64,000 nucleotides of DNA, taken from assembly GCA_964036045.1 (NCBI GenBank), contig OZ038378.1, forward strand, positions 175,150,001-175,214,000. The letters run 5' to 3'. Made by a program: the position numbers and the translations under genes. The stretch comes from Eutreptiella sp. 'Long Island Sound 2002' (Eukaryota; Protista; Euglenida). This document shows positions 13,280 to 24,251 of the stretch, piece after piece. Each line of letters opens with the position of its first letter. The stretch's first letter is position 1. The notes under the pieces were generated by a model, which worked only from the letters and a program-made list of their open reading frames with translations, was not told the origin of the DNA and ran no database searches.

Positions 13280-16200
13280 ATGAGTGACTCGGACATGCAC
13301 GAGGGCACAGCTGTAAGGGCCTCTCAGGCAGTGTCCAAAACGGAAGGAAAAGAATCCAGCGATGACGAGATTCTCGAAGTGACGGAGACAAGTCCAACGA
13401 AGGAAAGTACCCCTGATCCACCTGCAGAACGTGCACCAACCTCAGCCACACGGTCAGTACCTTCAAAAGCGAAGAAAAAAGGTATGCACTTTTTGCCATA
13501 TCTGTGACCTATGCATCTGTTGTCCCACTACCGCTGTATGTTTTACTTTCAGCTGAGAAGCACCAGTACGTTGACCCGGATACTGTGAACTTCGACGACT
13601 ACATTGAATACGTTGGTGGAATACATCGAAAGCAGCTGACTGTCGACAATGTTGGCGGATTTGCAGTATGTGGGCAAACACGTACCATCACGAAGGACCA
13701 GAAAGAGCATGTGCGCAGGAGCTTCGACAGGGCACCGCCATCCGAGAAGGAGAGGATTGACATTCTAACATATCCGGAAGCTGGAAAGGTTATTATTTTG
13801 GGCGGACAACATGCCTACGAAGTCACTGGGGAGATTGCACTGGAGCACGAGCAGTCAGGCGTGCGGATCCCATCATGGTGCAACGTATTCCGAGAATCAA
13901 GATTGAAGGCTGGCATTCCGCTCAATGTACGTGAAATACTGGCAGGGAAACACAATACAAGGCAAGGAGGCACAGCTCCGCATACACTGCGTCAAAGGAT
14001 GGAACTTATCATCCGAGATCAAAAACGTTTCCCTGACATTGATCACTCTCAAATGGTTGCAATGATGCCGTCGAAGTCCGGTTACACAGGTGACACCAGT
14101 TCAGGGGTATGTGTATGTGTGCATGTATCGTATTCATAATTTCCATTCGAAATTTCGCCTGGAACATTTACATTACATTTACATTACATTTACATTACTC
14201 CGCAGGCAACTGCCGTAAAAGCTTGGGGGCCAATTGCAAAAGTAGTCCGTCGCGGTGGACAACCGGTTGTCAACTTCATCGCCTCGTTGTACGCGTCGGA
14301 GGCAACGGCCCCGGTGTTCTTCCACTTCAAGGCAATCGAAGGCCTGTACAATGATGAACTCGATGAATTGCTGAAATATATGCAGGTTTGTTTTATTTCT
14401 CTGTGTAGCGTTGTGAAGTGTGCCTAATCCCGAATCCCCAAACCCTTTCTGCAGTCCTTGCCGTACGGCATGAAGTCGCTGACCCTGATGCAGAAGAAAT
14501 GCAAGGATCTGAAACAAGAGAGGTTGTATATGTGGCATTTTTAGCACCCGGGCACAACTGTACATGCGGATCGTCGGACCCGTGTGCAGTGGGAGCGTGT
14601 TCTTAGAACATTAAGGACATCGAAAAGTATCGGGGATTTGGCGGTTCGACCAAAGTCCACATGGCAACCAACTGAGAATGAACCTATGCCCCCATGGCAC
14701 GTCATTGCGAAGTCCAAACTATGGTCCGATGAGGACCATGCAGCGCCGGTACACACATTGAAGGGCCCTACGTTGAAGCCTCAGGTGTTTGCTTAATTTG
14801 TGTGTCGTCGTGTGTCACTTCCATTCGAAATTTCGAATGGACCTCTTTTTCCATTCGAAATTTCGAATGGAAATATACTTTTTCCATTCGAAATTTCGAA
14901 TAGGTTAGAGCGCACTGTTCTCTACTGTCGTACATCGTGTACCTTACATCGTAATATTATTACTTGCCTTCTCTGTAGATCACAACCGCTGAGGGTTCCC
15001 GACCCAGTCGGATTGTCCTGCCCGGCGCGACGCAATCGCAGTCCGATGACATCATCTATGTTCTCGACGGCGCTCCAGGAGCTGTCATTCATGCTGATGT
15101 TTCGACGCTGGAGTTCGGGATTGCGGTGTGTGATGTACCTAAGAATTGGACCGGAGGTTTGAATTCCCTGATTTACACTACGCTGTCGAACGAGACTCCT
15201 CTGGTAGTCCACGGTGCCAGGAAGGACGTTGACAATGTACGATCACAAAGAAATATAAGATGACGGAGTCTGTGGTGGCGATTCTGGCACACAAACATTT
15301 GGAGGTATGCCTCTTTCCCCTGTTGCAACTGCAAAATAAAAGCATTCCCCTTCATGTTCCTTATAATGTACAGACATCGTTACCCAAGTATTTCACTGTC
15401 CGGGATCCAGCTGCTGTTGGGCTTTCAATCTATGTGTTTGGATTGTTGATGAACCTGTTCTGCAATGGGAATGTTCCGAAGGATTCCGCGTCATCTAGGC
15501 CTCTTTGGATATTGCTGAGCTCGTCGAGTTCACTGCTTGCTGCCCAGATGTTCGTTTGACTGCACCATCCTGTTAGCGTGGCTTTGCTTTCGCTTGCAAC
15601 TTCGGTGAAGCAACTTACAGATGAATTGGCCGTTACAGTACCAGAGCAGGACATTATGGAGAACATTCCTTGGGCCGTCATTGCACAACGCATGATGACA
15701 GGACATCCATCCGAGGAAAGTGAAGAAGAGGAGGAGTCCGAAGGTATTCCCCTTCCCAGTGGTATTTGCATAGTCGTTTGCGTCTATTGTACTATCTACA
15801 TTTGCACCTTGCAGAGGACGAGGAGGAAGAGGAAGACACTTCGCCGAAGAAGACAGCAGCAAAGCCCAAGGCGTCACCCGATTCGAAGATTGCAAAGAAG
15901 CAAAAGGAAGTCGCAGAAGCGGCAAAGAAATCTAAGGACGAGGAGAAAGCCAAAAAGGAACGCGAAAGGAAGGAGAAAGAAGATGCAAAGCTGGCGAAGC
16001 AGGAGGCTGCACGGAAGAAAAAAGAGGAGGCCGAAACAAAGAAGCGTGCTGCTGAGGAACAACGGAAAGAGAAGGAGAAGGCTAAGAAGGTATATCTGTC
16101 TCTTGCTATCGTATCCGGCATTATATCATATCCATTCGAAATTTCGTCTGGCCATGTAACATTTTCGTTCATGCAGTCGATTCTATTCGAAATTTCGCTT

Positions 16201-16338
16201 GGAATTTTATATTGCGCACCAACATTATACATTCACCGCTTTTTGTTTTGATGTTTACAGGCAAAGAAGACTGGTGTCGGGTTGGCGGCCTTCTCAATGA
16301 ATTTGTCGGCCGCACAGCGCAGCCGCGCGAAGGAGTAA
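13280..16338 (+). pseudogene. Second gene of the transposon, 8 exons (13280-13481, 13553-14106, 14206-14385, 14455-14784, 14979-15304, 15374-15743, 15815-16089, 16261-16338), about 770 aa: ParB-like domain, possible HTH, possible degenerate MTase fold, K/E-rich tail
   Basis: Seven short phase-compatible GT-AG introns (69-194 nt); VIILGGQHAYE and GQTRTI motifs; lesions are in-frame TAG 14542-14544, a probable 1-nt deletion near 15250 and TGA 15557-15559. Confidence 0.65.
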
Positions 16339-17980
16339 ATCTGTATTCTCTTTTTAACAGATTTTGAATTTATGCTCCGTTTCCATCGACGATACTGGAA
16401 AGCACCGACAACTCTCGGTGTTGCATAGCAGCATTGTAATTCATATTTGCGGAGTCTGTTCGTGTTTTTGCTTTCCCTGTATATAGTGCATTCTTCAGTT
16501 CTCGATTTCTTAACGTATCACCTTTGAGGTTACCAGTTACAATTTATGATGTCCTCACATTCATTTGCGTGCGTATGATGTCTTACCCACGTACGCGCTC
16601 TGGTGTCGCAGACAAATTGAACGTGCAGATGTCATACCGTAATTGCTGCTCTTTGCGTTTTCTTGTGTTCAGTGATTTGCTCCCCTCTATTGCATATTAT
16701 CTTGCACAGGTGAACAGACATGGTACGTAAGTCGGAACTGGATTGCTGTATCGGTGGTTAGTGAAGTACAGTCAGAGTAGCTGATAAACTCGGGAAGAAA
16801 TTGTCATATGCAATTCCCAAGCGAAATTTTGAATGGAATTTATGATGTCTGTATGCGAAGAAGATTGTGAAATATTGAATTAAATTAGAGTAACGCGTTC
16901 TTTTCAGTCTAATGATAAAAGTATTTTTTATTTTTCACTATCACTTTAGGTATTTATAGAGACCATCGACCTGACACGTCCAATTGACTGTCTAAATCGT
17001 TACACGTTTGAAATAGGTATTTCGTGGCTATGGTATCTGTCGTCCACCAATATAGTCCCGGTTTCAAATTTCCATTCGAAATTTCGCTTAGAAATAATTA
17101 TTTTGTAAATTTACTATTAGTGGATGTACGCACCTACATATCTTTTTTTGTATTCTCTCATCAAGATGAATCAAGATGAATCAAGATGAATTTTCTTACC
17201 TGCATCTGCGACTCATGACGTTTGGTCTTCAAAACCATGTGTACGTGCTGTGTTTCCCGTTTTTGCAACAAAATACCCCTTTTCAACCGATTTTTTGTCT
17301 ACAGGGTTTCAATTTATCACGCCTGCAAATATGACTTAGTTGCCTCTGAAAGCATGTTTTGTTTCTTTTTTTTGGTTGATATTTTGGAGGGAAAAAATAC
17401 ATGTTATTTCAACGTTTTTTCGGACACCGTTTTCCAGAAGAAGTGGGAGTGTGGTTTTCGGGGTCAAACATCGTTTTGGGCCGTCTAAGCTCCGCACCGA
17501 AAAAAATTGAAAAAAAGTCAGGAGTGGCAAAACGCACTTTTGGGCGACGGGATTTGTTGGTGGCCACTTCGGGGACATGCCCTTTGGATCGTGCGACCCC
17601 CCTTCTTCGAACAAGCAGATCCCTGGCGCAAAGGGCAACACGACCCCCCGAAGCCGGGCGGATGGATCCCGCCCCGGTCCCGGTCCCCAACCCTTTCCCC
17701 GCGGGCCTCAGTTGCATGGGGCTATCGGAAGTGGGGCCCCAGGCAAATGCTCTGGCTCCGTCTTGGGCCTTTTTGCACGCAACTCCCGGCGCTTTGGGCA
17801 CCAGAATTTCAAGAAAAGGACCGGGGCTGCGTGCCCAGATAGAGTGCTGCGGCCCATCAGTCGGTGTTGGGGGCTCTGGGCTTCTGCAGGGGGTCGCCTG
17901 GAAAAGAGTCCTCGATCGGGCTCACCTCCCAAATTGACAGTCTGCCCAGACCGGGGGTGCGGCTGTATGCGTGTACTCAG

Positions 17981-18205
17981 GCGGTGTTTGTGGCGTACCA
18001 CATTCCGGGCACGCCCTCCAACGTCTACAAGATCGAGTTCGGGACCCTGAGCACGTACGGCGAGATCGACCTCCTGAGCCGCGGTGGGACGCAGGAGGAG
18101 GTCCACAGCATGGGCCTGGACGTGTCCACGCGGCACCTGTACGCCCTCACCAACATCGACGGCAGCCTCATCGTCGTCACGCTCCTCCTCTACGCCGTGA
18201 TTCGG
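17981..18205 (+). CDS. Giant membrane protein exon 4 (propeller-like strands)
   Basis: CTCAG acceptor, phase 0, AVFVAYHIPG...LYAVIR; donor GTGCGG. An alternative in-phase donor exists at 18197. Confidence 0.85.
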
Positions 18206-19872
18206 GTGCGGATGCGGCCCCAGTGCAGCCCTTGGGAGCAGGGGGTTGGTTTTTGTTTGGGGGGAGGCGCAGTCCCCCAGGCTTATGAGATTTGTAGGCG
18301 TTCTGAAAACAAGCGCCTTTGAAGGGAAGTAGAGGCAGCCTCTCAAGTCCACTGCCATTTCACTGCTTCAGTGACTGACTATTGCTGTGCATCTAAATCT
18401 CCGCTGGGTCACGCTCCCGCGAGGTAGGTACCAAATGCCAAGCAGGGGGTGGGATAAAACGGGGGGCATGGAGGTGGGGGCCCGGATCCTCCAACCCCCT
18501 TCAGACCCTCAAACCCGCGCCCATGGGGAGCAGCAGTTCGCCGACGAATTTTCAAAAGTTGTTCGAACATTTCCCCGCATTTATGTGCCCGCCCCCCACT
18601 TATCTGTGTGCCCCGAATTCTGTGTGGTCACCCATGTGTGGTCGAAGGCCTGAGAGTGTACGGGGGAATGTTAATATGCCAAAACACTGAAATATTACCG
18701 TCTCCCTTTGTCCGGACCCCCCGGTCCCCACACTGCGGTTGTCGAGGTCCAGAACTAACCGAAACATCCCCCCGGGCAATGCCTCAACACCCACCAAATG
18801 ACCGTCAATCTATTGAGGCAATTCACGTTAGCTCAGGCCTGGCAATCCGTTTCTGTTCGGAATCAGCTCCAACCCAGGGTACAGGTCCGGGTGCCGGTAC
18901 CAAAATTTTTCATCACATGCACCTCGATGCGTTTTAGAGCAAACAGCAATTAGTGTCACAGGGCCCAAAATCACATGAAGCCCCCCCCTTTGCAATTCTT
19001 GGGACCTTTTGACTAGGAGCAAGAAAAAAACGCGAATGATTATCTGGGCGTAAGATACTTCGACGCCCCGTGCCACAGCCTGTCGGGTGTAGGTGTTTGT
19101 GTGCTGGGGTTATGCTCCTCTGGGCCCACGTGTATGGGGGCACCACAAGTGGCAACGATGGAGAACCACCTTGTTTCGATAGCAAGGCGCCCTCTGTTAG
19201 GTGCTCAGGAGGGCGGAACGGGAGTTGGCCCGTGACAACCTGACGTCCTTTGGCCCATCAGGTGGGGTCCCTGGTGCAATGGCCCGCCACAATAAGCGGG
19301 TGCCATTGGAGCACATGAGGAGCGGAGGATGTTGGGGAGGAGCGGAGGTATTGCCTGATAGCCGGGTGATCGGGCACTGCCTGATGATATGACGGGAGGC
19401 TGTCGGAGCTGCTGTGGTGTGGGCAGTCGGACAGCGGCGCTGTTTCTCATGCAAGGGCGATGTGCCAACCGAAGGTGGTTGATGGCGAACGGATGGTGGT
19501 TGGCCGTCCACCGGCAGCAATTGCTGGTTTATTCAACCGCGGCTGACGGGTATGGCTTATGCCTCACCGACAGCAGCTGGCGATCAGCAGCAGCAGGCGG
19601 TGATGAACAGACAGTAGTTGCGGCCAGTGATCGCTTTCTTTCCGGCGTGACAGAGTCGCAGTTGTGTCGTTTGTGTACACTGCGTGCTGCTGCGGGGCGC
19701 TGGCTCGCAAATTCTGGCTTTGGCTCCGGCGGGAGGTGTGGGATTTGCGGGTTGCCGTGGGTTTGCCTCAGGTCCAGCCAACGTGTCAGGGGTCAGCCAT
19801 GGTTGACGTTGATGCCATACGTCAACCAGGCGAGTTTGACATGCCATGGGGACGGTCTGTTCCTCACTTCAG

Positions 19873-20112
19873 GTCGACCCCGCGCTGGCGGATGTTCAGG
19901 GGAACACATCGCTGCAAGTGTTTGGCGAGGGTTTCAAGCCGTCGGACGCGATGTACTGCGTCTTCGGCGGCAGCGTCAACATGTCTGCGACGTACGTGTC
20001 CCCCACCGAAATGACCTGCCAGACCCCCGTGGCCGGCGGTACGACGCAGCAGTGCGCTGGAGGTGAGGCCATCGAGCTGTCGTTGAGCGCCGGATCCGTC
20101 ACGCAGAACAAG
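19873..20112 (+). CDS. Giant membrane protein exon 5, IPT/TIG domain
   Basis: TTCAG acceptor; VDPALADVQGNTSLQVFGEGF...YCVFG...SPTEMTCQTP fits the IPT/TIG pattern; donor GTACGG. Confidence 0.88.
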
Positions 20113-20698
20113 GTACGGACCCCCCTCCTGAGATCCCCTGCCCCCGCTTCCCAGCGCTGGCGGAGGAGCGGATGCCACAGCGGCAGGAGGCTGCAATTGT
20201 CAGCATTGGGACAAGCATTTCACTCTCCCCCACAACCCCCCCCCCCCGAGTGCCCGCAAGGCGGTAGTGGCCACTGACAGTGTGATTTTTATTTTCTCAC
20301 AAACGAAGCTTTTGCCCTTTGTGGCGTCCAGTTCCATGCCACCGCTGACAGACTTCACATGCATTCCCTGGCCATGAAGTTTAACACACGGCCATGGGGC
20401 GCGCTACACGAAGTGATACACATGATATGGCGCACAGCATATCCAGACATTTTACCTGCGGCGTTGTTCAGCCCAGCTCGTGTTTGCGTGTTTGGCACAC
20501 CTGAAGAGGACACTCGGTTGGGCTGAGGATTTTTTGTCCCCCTCTTTGTGGTGGTGCTGCTCTGCAGGGGCCGGGGAGAGGGGCATTGTTGGGGACGTCT
20601 GGTACAGACGCCACACAATGTGTGTGCCATCGGCCACGGCGGCCCAGTCGGTGCCCCATAAGCAAATGAATAAGGATCACAAAAACCAACGCTAGGGC

Positions 20699-20751
20699 AC
20701 ACACACGCACACGCACACGCACACACACACACCCACAGAAACACACACACA

Positions 20752-20807
<56 letters not shown>
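20699..20807. repeat. (CA)n/(CACG)n microsatellite
   Basis: Seen directly. Confidence 0.95.
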
Positions 20808-20808
<1 letters not shown>

Positions 20809-20972
20809 CGGTCCTGGGCTAGAACAAGGACACAGGCAGCTGGCGTCTCCTACCCTGATGGAGCGGCCTCCCCTAAGCACTCAGCTCCCCCAAGTGGTGG
20901 CAGCAACCGCCAGCACCAAACGCCAACTATAGGCCGACACAGCGATCCCACACCCACAACTGCACATGGTCC

Positions 20973-21356
20973 CTACCACAAGGATTGCAAAACTTGTTTC
21001 AGCAAAGGGCGATGACCAGGCTTCAACCCACAGGCGGACATGTCCCTGGGCATCGTAGCACACAAAGCCACAACCATGGCATAGGGTTGCAAAGCAACGT
21101 AGCATTGGAGGAACCATTGCGAGAAGTCAAGCTGAGAAGGCTGTGGCCGCACTGTTGGATTGATTGGATGCCTGGCTTGTAAAGGAGCCCAAGTAGCCAT
21201 GGTGCCACCATTCTGAGTGTTCTTGCGAGATGTAGCAGAAGAATGAAGTAATGCAGCCATTTCCAGCTCAAAATCATACCACTGGAAATCACTGAAAATG
21301 TACAAACTGTGGGGCTTCCAATCAAAGCTGGTTTGGCCTTTTTCGTCTTCATACAA
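20973..21356 (-). pseudogene. LINE-type AP-endonuclease C-terminal relic
   Basis: YIFSDFQW, INPT...SQLDF and GHRPL echo the GDFN, PT..s.LD and SDH motifs in order. Confidence 0.4.
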
Positions 21357-22099
21357 AAAGCATTAAAAAACCAAGACACCTCAGTGGCCGCAAATTTCTA
21401 ACCCCTTTTCCCTCAGAAGACATCTATCTATAGTTCTGAGGGAGCCGGGTTTACCTTGCTAAATGTGACCATCATGGACACCACAAAATGTGCCTCCAGG
21501 AGCTTGCCAGATGCTGCCGACCGCTGCCAAAGATTTTGCAGGACAATACTAGCAAGGCTCGTCTGTCACGTTCCCCTAGACGAGGGCACAGGGTTGGGAA
21601 CCTGGCACCCAGGGCCTCGGCTCGCGTGGGGCGGGGGGGACGGGCCTAAATTTCCCCATGCTGCTTTGCCCCGGGCAGTCTCCCCTGTACTTGCAATCCT
21701 TAAATGCCATATGTAGGGTATAACTCTGGCTTGTGGTGGCCCGCCTTAAATGTTTTTGCTGGTGAGATGCTGCTTTTCAACTACAAAAGGAATGTTGAAG
21801 TTGTTTTCTTCTTCATTGCTCAAGCGCTGTGGGATAGGCCCAGTCTGGGTCACATGGCCGGGCTGTCTATGCAATGCGGTGATGTGGAATGACCTCAGGG
21901 CACGGGGGGGGGGGGGGCAACTCCGCGGGTCCTAGGACGCCAACTACCCCTGCCCCCCCCCCCCCCCTCCGGCCAACAGTTATTTACCAAAGGTGCTGCC
22001 CTTAGAGGTCGATGGGCGCCGAAGGCGTCTGACACTCTTTGGGCACCAAAGGCGCCCGAAGGAAAATTTTGTCCACTTTGCACCCCAACACTATCCTTA

Positions 22100-22215
22100 A
22101 ACCCAACCCTAGCCCTAACACCCATCCCAACCCTCAGCCGAGTTCTAATCCTACACCTACCCCTAGCCATAACCCTAACCCTAGCCCTAACCCTAGCCCT
22201 AGCTCTAACCCTAGG
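22100..22215. repeat. Degenerate CCCTAA/CCCTAG hexamer array (interstitial telomere-like)
   Basis: About 19 in-phase hexamers such as CCTAAC and CCTAGC. Confidence 0.7.
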
Positions 22216-22585
22216 CTAGAGTCAGAGTTCGTGTTGGGGTCCAAAATGGAGAGCAATGATGTGGCAAAAGCAGCCATGAACGAAATTTGGGGGATCTTGT
22301 TCAGCCTAATAGTGTTCGGGTAGTAATAGGGTTAGGTTTGGGGTGATGGTATGGTTAGAGGGAGGGCAAGGGGAGATAAGGGGAGCCTGTGATTGACCAA
22401 CGCTTGGCTTTGGGGGCATGCCCCCCCCCCCCAAATCGCCCCACCTGGATCCCCCCCAGCCCCCCAACCGACCCTCCCGGAACCCCCCCCCCAAAAAAAG
22501 GCCCATTCAGACCCACCCCCCCCATTGCCCCTCCCAAAACTCCTCCAAGCCCCCCCCCCCCAGGGGCCTCCGGCCAACAGTTTGT

Positions 22586-22676
22586 GGGGGGGGGGGAACT
22601 CCTCGGCTGTGGACGCCAACTACTGGGGGGGGGGGGGGGTAGTTGGCGTCCACAGCCGAGGAGTTCCCCCCCCCCC
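22586..22676. repeat. Perfect inverted repeat / hairpin
   Basis: G11-AACTCCTCGGCTGTGGACGCCAACTAC, then a T plus G-run loop, then the exact reverse complement and a C run. Confidence 0.9.
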
Positions 22677-22989
22677 CCCGTGCGTCAGGGTACTTAGAAT
22701 ACACAGTGGGTGGTCCAGGTTTCTGGCAGAGGGTTGAGAAACATCCGGTGGTGTCCGGCAAACATGTGCCCTGAGATCCAGCAGACCCTGGTATGCCGGA
22801 CACTATTGCAAGTCTGTGAGGGAGCGACCAGTAGGTCTCTCTGGGTATTGAAGGGCACACCTGACCACCACCACCCCGCACATCCTCCCTCCCTCCCTCC
22901 CTCCCTCCGTCCTTCCGTCCCTCCATCCTTCCCTCTCTCCCTCCTTCCCTCCCTCCCTCCCTCTCTCTCCCATTCTGTCCTCTCCGTAG

Positions 22990-23406
22990 GTCGCGGTGCA
23001 GCGGGTGGCCACGCCTTCAGTGCTGGACGTTGAGCCTGACAAGGGGTACTGGCGCGTGGCCCACTGGGTGACCATCAAGGGCTACGGCTTTGTGCCCAGC
23101 AATAAACTGCGCTGCAAGTTCTACGCCGAAGGCGCGGAAATCGTCACGACGTGGCCGTACCACGTGCACCTGAACAGCAGCACGGAGATGCAGTGCCTGC
23201 GCCCAGCACTAAACCGGCCCTTCCCTTACCCGAGTTACGTGGAGGTCTCTGTCGACGGTCAGACCTACAGCCAAACGCTCGTGCGCTACACGATCTTGGG
23301 CGACCCCGAGAGCCTCCGAGCCACGCCGGACTCCGTCCGTGTGGAGGCCAGCAACATCAGCAGCCTCCCGGCGATCCGCATCGACACGGTGGATGCCAAT
23401 GGGCAG
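22990..23406 (+). CDS. Giant membrane protein exon 6, second IPT/TIG domain
   Basis: Long pyrimidine tract then CGTAG; PSVLDVEPDKG...VTIKGYGF...CKF...NSSTEMQC..P...VEVSVDGQTYS; donor GTCGTG. Confidence 0.88.
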
Positions 23407-24251
23407 GTCGTGCATGCGGCGTCTTGTGTGCATGACCCTGCGTCGCAGCGTCGTCAGTGTTGTGGCCTCGCACCAAAGACCTCCGGCTAAAACAGGGAAC
23501 ACTGCGCCCCAAACACACATTTTGAGTGACGCCATAGAGGCTTCCGATTGCCAGGGCATTCCTCAGGGGGATTTTTCATGGACCACAGACCCCCGTTTCC
23601 CCACTGTAGCCACCTGCCGGGCAGCTGACGGTTTTGGGTAGCAGGAATTTCATGAACCGCCAGCGGTTGGCAGACAGCCGATGGTGGTTGACTGTCTATC
23701 AACGACGGGTGGGTCTTAGAACGGCAACCCTCGGTCAGCCCGCGCTCTGTTCGTCTGCAGGCAGACCGGAGTCCCGCATTTTTTGAATAACCTATTTGAG
23801 GCCAAAAGCGGCTGTATGCCGGACCGTGGCCGCCGGATGTTGGCCCCATCAAAAGTCTTTGAAAATACCTCCCAAACGAGTGATTTGCAGTTGGGAACCT
23901 CGACTCCTTCTTAGTGAACGTCTGACGCTGTGCGTGCTTACACTTTGCAAACGCTGTGCACCTGTGCACAGGGTGCGCACACCATGTGCACGGCTATTCA
24001 TGGCCTGTGCGTACCTTGTCCATGTCCACCCGGTGCCTGCCTGTCCATGTTTGACTCCGAGGCAATTTGCACATTTAGTGGACCTTTCAAAATGCGTGTA
24101 ACCAGGGCACATGGCAATAATCGTCGGGGATGGGGACATAAAGCTAGGTGGGCGGGGGCGCGTGGGGGCCCATGGGTGGGAGCTGGTCTTTCACCTCCGT
24201 CATGTATTCGCAGCCTCTCCTACACCTCACCCTCTGGCTCTGCAATCGCAG

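Larger units (their letters stand above)
9774..17091. repeat. 16 dispersed copies of the 20-bp palindrome CCATTCGAAATTTCGAATGG
   Basis: Starts at 9774, 9907, 9984, 10063, 10167, 12616, 12926, 13065, 14143, 14821, 14851, 14884, 16132, 16183, 16817 and 17072; six are perfect; the copy at 10161-10192 extends to a 32-bp perfect palindrome. Confidence 0.95.
9337..17487 (+). mobile_element. About 8.15-kb TIR DNA transposon, Academ-like, two genes, inside intron 3 of the host gene
   Basis: TAGACGGCCCAAATCGATGGTT at 9337-9358 matches the reverse complement of 17466-17487 at 20/22; TAG...CTA termini; flanks CGCT/AGCT (possible imperfect 4-bp TSD); contains a DDE transposase ORF; lacks the host poly-G/C repeat families. 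Confidence 0.8.

Noticed and set aside
14821-14903. Three near-identical 20-bp repeats resembling a mini CRISPR array
   Set aside because: Spacers are only about 10-13 nt, there are no cas genes, the context is eukaryotic, and the same palindrome is scattered singly through the transposon
14523-15259. Possible 22-23-nt micro-introns (14523-14544 and 15237-15259) that would remove a stop or a frameshift in gene 2
   Set aside because: The first shifts into a frame that stops quickly. The second is more simply explained by a 1-nt loss in an A-run, and the element's other introns are at least 69 nt. RNA-seq would be needed to revive the idea.
10509-15559. Alternative genetic code or stop read-through explaining the in-frame stops
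   Set aside because: The stops are of two types (TAG and TGA), come with a frameshift, and are absent from the 7.3-kb host CDS; decay is more parsimonious
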